Part shown: piece by piece, positions 58,771 through 64,000 of the stretch
How positions within the stretch are numbered: the stretch's first letter is position 1
Layout of the letters: the number at the start of each line of letters is the position of its first letter
Origin: Euglena gracilis
Lineage: Eukaryota
Direction: 5' to 3'
NCBI GenBank assembly: GCA_039621445.1
Contig: CP154954.1
Span: 9,302,634 to 9,366,633, forward strand
Length of the DNA: 64,000 nucleotides
Program-made: the position numbers and the translations under genes
The notes under the pieces: generated by a model
Told to the model about the DNA's origin: nothing
Database searches by the model: none
The model's input: the letters and a program-made list of their open reading frames with translations, nothing else

Positions 58771-61700
58771 TTGCGCACCTGCGCATTCTTTTGAGACCAA
58801 GTGTGTCGCCACCACTTGACGGGGCGGCCGACCCGTCAAGTGAAACCCCTGGTGCCAAAATGGGTACCACCACCTTCGATCCCTGGGTTTTTTCCTGGCC
58901 AAACCGACTTTTTTCGTTTTGAAAATGACGATTTAGCACCTCCGCGGACCGAGGGAAAACCCCCGTCTGCCGAAGTAGGTGCGACACAAAACGCTGTTTC
59001 ACGAGGACGAACCCTCGTCAGGTGAAGGCGTTGTACCTGTGGCTGCCCCCCTGTTTTGTGGACCCCAGTGAATGCGCAGGTGCGCATTCACCCCCCTCTC
59101 CGTCCCGGCCTTTTCCTGAAGTGTTGGACGGTTATTGTGGCTCCCAGGGGTGGTTGTGGGAAGCGGGCACTGTGGTCTATACGGTTAGAGTGGATGGGAG
59201 GTTCTGTGCCCTGTGCTGGAAGCAGGGCACGAGGGGGCGATGGTGAATGTTTGTTGTGTACGTGTACTCTGCATTCAGAGAGTGGCGGGGGGGGGTGTTT
59301 AAATCCACTCCAGATGTGTGTTGGGGAGGGCTCGTCACCCTCCTCAGGCTGCCTGCTGTTTGCCACTCCACACGGCACACTGCACCCCTCTGTGACACAT
59401 GCAGGCACACAGGGGGGGGGGGAAATGCAACTTGCATAATTTGCATTTTTTTGCATAATCGGCTTTTCCCGAAATTTGCATTTTTTTGCATTTTTTTGCA
59501 TTTTTTTGCATAAAATATTTTCCCCGGAAAAAAATTTTGTAGTTGGTTGCCATATGTTTGAATTTTTTTGCATATTTTTGCATTTTCTACATAAAATATT
59601 TTGCCCTGGAAAAAAATTTTGTTGTTGGTTGCCATATTTATGGATTTTTTTGCATTTTTTTTGCATTTTTTTGCATAAAATATTTTGCCCTGGAAATTTT
59701 TTTTGATCTTAGGCAGCAAAGCTCTGTTAGATTCCAGCTTTTTCTCAGGTTTTTCATGCAAGTTGCATTTTTTTGCATTTTTGGAATGGGGGTACTGGTG
59801 GTGGACAGGTCAAGATGCAGTAAGAGTCTAATGGAGGAAGGAGGAGACCAGCATGTATATATTAGTGAGAGGATAAGTAAGCGACAGGACTTTTTTGACT
59901 TGCATAATTTGAAGGGCCCAGTTGCATTTCCCCCCCCCCCTGAGGCACAGCATCCCTCCAGTGGCGCATGCCGTCCGCTCCCCATGTGCCTTCTCATAGG
60001 CACCACGGCACCTCACCATGTGGGACCACCTGTGTTTGGGTTGACGTTTGGGATGGGGTGCTTGGTATGGAAGGGGGGGGGCTGGCTTGCACCCCTTTCC
60101 TGCGTGTCACTGGTTTTTAAAGCTATGGAGCGGAGCCCCGCCTCAAGCCTTTCTGCCACAGACCATACCCTCCAGAACAGCCCTCACAAACAACATAAAA
60201 TGGCTCCTCTCCGAGGTTGCATGAGGCACAAGAATGCGCACGTGCGCACTCTTGAGGCCATTCCTTCGCTGGCTGGCTGTGATTCTATCTGCAGGAGAGC
60301 AGGAGGGGAGCAGCGCTGGGCATCCACAAGAGTGCGCACCTGCGCATTCCGTGAGGGGGAGTGCGCAGGTGCGCATTCTCTGTGTGCTGTGTCTCGCACC
60401 CCTGAACCCAGTGCCAGCACAGCATTGTGGTAGGGCTACCCCCATGGTGCACTGCTGGCCTTTTTGTTAGCAATTTCAGAGGCATCTCATTGCACAGGAG
60501 GATGCCGCCAGAGTAGGGTGTACGTCTCCTGGGCTGTGCCTCTACCTTGTGTGCTGAGTTGTTTGGCATGGGTCTCTATAGCAACCTCCTAACAGGGTGC
60601 TGTAAGGGGAGACACAGGAAGGGAATGCGCATATGCGCATTCACCCCAATGTGCCATGTTTGACTACAGCCATTGCGGATGGGGTGTGTGGAGAAGGTGT
60701 GTGCACATGTGCTTTCCCTGGTCTTCACAGCCGCCAGGGGTTGTGTAGTTTGCAGTGTTGGTGTGTCGACTCTGAGTTCATGATAAAAAAGGGTTGTGTG
60801 TGGTGGGTGACGTTTATTGCCAGCAAGGCCACAGGTGGTGGTCCTCGTCTGCCGTGTTTCGCTCCAGGGCTGTCTCGTCCTCCGACACCATTGGATCCTC
60901 CCAGGGAGGTCTACACTTCAGCTGTGTGGTTTCAAACCCAGGCCACTCGGGGGGGAGTTGGCGTGGGTGGTGGCAGCCCACCTGGGAGTGAAAATATTCG
61001 ACGGTGTGGCTGTCATTCAAAGAAAGGCACAAGACGATTTTTTGCGCATGTGCGCATTCACCAGCTTTCCACTCATGCCATGAAGGGCTGCTGACCGCAT
61101 TTGGGAATTAGGCTGCCCGTCACTGAGGAACTTCCTGGGGCATTGAAGTCCCTTTCTCATCCGTTTTCCCTTGGTATGACACAGTGGAATACACAGAAAA
61201 AGCAGAACGGAAAAACTTACTTGGTTTATCGGCAAGTTTTTGTTGTGATGTTTTTGTCCCTGTCTCACAATCTCAAGGGCCTGGAGAAATTTTGGGGTGA
61301 CCAGTGGTGTTCGCTTCTTTGAGTCCATCTGGATTGTAAATTAATTCTGTGTTTACAGACCGTTTTTGGGGAATGATGCCGAAGGTGGTGACAGGTGTGT
61401 TTCGCTCTCGAGGTGCAACCCCATGAGCACTGTGTGTGGTACCAGACACAACCCCCTGCGTTGACCCTAATTGTGGGGCACAGTGCTTCTTGCACCTCGT
61501 ACCGCAGCCCAACGTAAGGTTGTTCAGTGCGACCATTGGCTGTGTGCTGCCATGCACGCTCTGGGGCGTGGGGTTGGACAACGCTGGCATCAACCGGCCC
61601 ACCACCTCCGCTGGGTGGGGGACCGTTTCCTGTGTGTTGTTACGTGCTCCACACGTTCATGAGAGCAGCGCAGGCTGGGCTGGGCACTGGACTGCAGCGG

Positions 61701-62555
61701 GTGAAGTGGAATGCGCAGGTGCGCATTCTGATTTGCTCAATGACTTGCACTGCTGGGGGCAGTTCCCCTATCACTGAAGGACATGGATTCGTGCCTTGAC
61801 ACCTGCCATCGCCGAGCCCAGGGTTTTCCACGCCGCTGCAGGTGTGGTGTTCCAGGGTGTGGTCTGGTACCGCGACATGGTTGCCCAGGGTCTATTCTCT
61901 TGGTTCATCTCCCCCTCACACACCCATGTTCTGCAAGCCCGAAACCACATCATAGCGGTGCACAGCTCGGATTCCAGGCAGGCAAACAACAGGCCATACC
62001 CAGTGTGTCCTTCAACATCAATGCGCGTGTGCACATTCCCCCTTCCCACAGGGTGTGTCCATTGCAAAAAATGCGCACCTGCGCATTCTTTTGGGTTTCC
62101 CAAAAATGCGCAGGTGCGCATTCTTCGGCCCTGATACTCAGTGACATCCCCATTGTTTTGACCGTGGGAGAGCTGTGTCTCCATGCCTGCAAGGTGTTCC
62201 TTCCCATGCTCATCCCAGGTTCACCAGGCCCTGCCCCCAGGAGCCATCAGCACGCACCGGTGAACACAAGGTGGCACACCCAGGTCCAGGTTGGTGTGCG
62301 TCGTCCGTGTTCCGCATGCCGTGTGGAGTGTGCCCAGTGTGAGTCCAGCCACGCACTGTACCACAGTCGTCGGGAAACAGCTGTAAACAGCATGCTGCGT
62401 AGTTGAACCAGTAAACAAGGGGATGGTCCTTATGGTCGTGTAATATCCAAACAGCTCATTTTTGTGGTGTTTACCCTCCAGTCTGGAAGAGGCATCAAAC
62501 TATGCAAAATGCGCACTTGCGCACTCCGGGTCCAAAATGCGCGGATGCGCATTTT
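58771..62555. repeat. Cluster of 20-bp palindromes GAATGCGCA-NN-TGCGCATTC
   Basis: At least 12 copies, at ~58771, 59070, 60232, 60330, 60359, 60623, 61042, 61709, 62069, 62104, 62508 and 62536. Confidence 0.9.
59410..59942. mobile_element. MITE with CAG...CTG ends and internal TTTTGCA repeats
   Basis: TIR CAG(G)nAAATGCAACT / AGTTGCATTT(C)nTG, with AGGCACA duplicated flush on both sides (7 bp). Confidence 0.85.
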
Positions 62556-63347
62556 CACTAAAATTGTCATAACTTCAATCCGATCATAACTCAACAAGAA
62601 AAGTGCATTCCCGGCCGTCTAAGAAACACGCGGTGTGGAAGTATCCCCAAGGTCCAACCAACAAAATGTTCGTGTGTAACACGCCAAATTTTTCCAGGTC
62701 CCCCCCCCCCAAGGTTACAACCCTCGGGGCCAAACTAACAGCAGCAGTTTAAGCAGCTTCTGAACCAGCACAAAGAATCAAATCCTGACGGAAAATGCAG
62801 TAACTGCAAAGATGTGCAGGAGAAAACCAAACCACCAATGCTGGCCTTCCACTGTTCCGTTCTTTAACCCGCTGGATTGTGCGCTTGGGGGGAATCTACC
62901 TTTAGAAGTGAAATTGCCAAAAAAAGTTGCCCCCCCCCCCCCCATTTGCAAACCCCCCAAGGGACCAACAAAAGGACGATATGAAACCCCCCAGGAAGAA
63001 AAGTGAAAAACGCTGGTGACAATTTTTTTCGGCCCCAAACCACCGAAAAACTCGATTTTTTGGCAATTTTCATGAGACCAACCACCATGAATTTGGGGAG
63101 AAGTGCAGAGCAAGGACCCCGTCCAGACACTGGTCCAGCCAGTTTTGGAAACCCCAGCCTCGCACAGAAGCCCCTGTCCGTCTCAGCTCCAACAACACAA
63201 GGAGAAACCTTCACCAAAGTTTGCCCATGCACCCAATAAGGTCCCCCCTGATATTTCCACCAAAATACAAAAAAAATCGGGCTTCTATTGAGGGGGGGGG
63301 GCTAACTGCATCCTGCTGCAAATTCTGTGTCAAATGCCTGTTCTGGC

Positions 63348-63605
63348 CAGGGTTTTTTTAGTCGTGGACCCCGGGGGGGGGGGAGGGGGGGGGTCGGGCG
63401 GGGCCCCCCGGGGGGGGGGGGTCCCCCGGAGGGGGGTGGGATATACTTTTCGGCGCCGAAGGCGCCGAAAAACTGCTATTTTTAGCACTTTTCGCGATTT
63501 TTCGGCCATTTTTTTGTGGGTCCCCGGGGAGCCCCCCCCCCCGGGGCCCCCCCAGGGGGTGGGTGGGTGGGGGGACCCCCCCCTCCAGGCTTAAAAAAAC
63601 CCCTA
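63348..63605. mobile_element. MITE related to 53483-53699
   Basis: CAGGGTTTTTTTAG / CTTAAAAAAACCCCTA. Flanks GTTCTGGC / GTGGTGGC (6/8). Similar G/C-run interior with GGCGCCGAAGGCGCC. Confidence 0.75.
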
Positions 63606-64000
63606 GTGGTGGCCATGACAGAACCGTCCAAACTCGGGAGCGGAGTGTGGTCGCAAATGCGGGCTGTGCTGGGGGTGCCAGAGGGTGGTTTTTGGCCCAG
63701 ATGTCAAACAAACAACCGTAAACCCCTCATTTATAACCTCCCCCGGGCTTACAGGTCAGCAGGGCTGTGTAGGAATCCCCGCAACCCCATGGGTGGTTGG
63801 GGGGTCGACCACCCCCCACCACCTCCCTCCTGGTGGATGGGGGGGGGGGGGTCCGACCACCCTATTCACCACCACCAGCCCTGTGGGGTCAGCCGAAAGG
63901 GAGGTCATACTTTTTTGGAATGGTGATCAAAATCTGACCCTCCAAATCCCTCCTGACGCATTTACCCTCCCCCCCCCTCCAGCCATGAACGTTCTGGTGA

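Noticed and set aside
60400-62480. Possible decayed transposase ORF
   Set aside because: No recognisable DDE, RT or other motif could be read in any frame, and stops are frequent.
58771-62555. CRISPR-like array from the repeated palindrome
   Set aside because: Spacing is highly irregular, there are no cas genes, and the context is eukaryotic.

Overview
Eukaryotic genomic DNA, most likely a euglenid (Euglena-like). The basis is that minus-strand protein-coding genes are split into 34-195 nt exons by a few GT-AG introns and many 'nonconventional' introns. These lack GT-AG; their ends base-pair (5'-NNN-CAG/CGG...CTG/CCG-NNNNN-3'), and removing them at that 3+5 register restores the reading frame. 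(1) 1-23964 is a ~14 kb tandem duplication with its junction at ~9983. It carries two copies of an EHD/sarcalumenin-type dynamin-like ATPase gene. Fourteen exons can be rebuilt by hand, and 11 of the 13 coding introns are nonconventional. The right-hand copy appears 3'-truncated and its exon 4 is garbled. (2) ~25-53+ kb is a very long, intron-rich gene with a VASt (StART-like) domain and a downstream GRAM domain. (3) Introns and intergenic DNA are packed with short TIR elements (MITEs) and microsatellites. The most notable observation is that young MITEs with CA(G)...(C)TG termini and 8-bp target-site duplications have the same geometry as the nonconventional introns (3 nt + 5 nt outside the stem = one 8-bp TSD). 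At least one intron still has a 6/8 TSD remnant, suggesting MITE insertions become precisely spliced introns. All exon joins are manual inferences and need RNA-seq confirmation.
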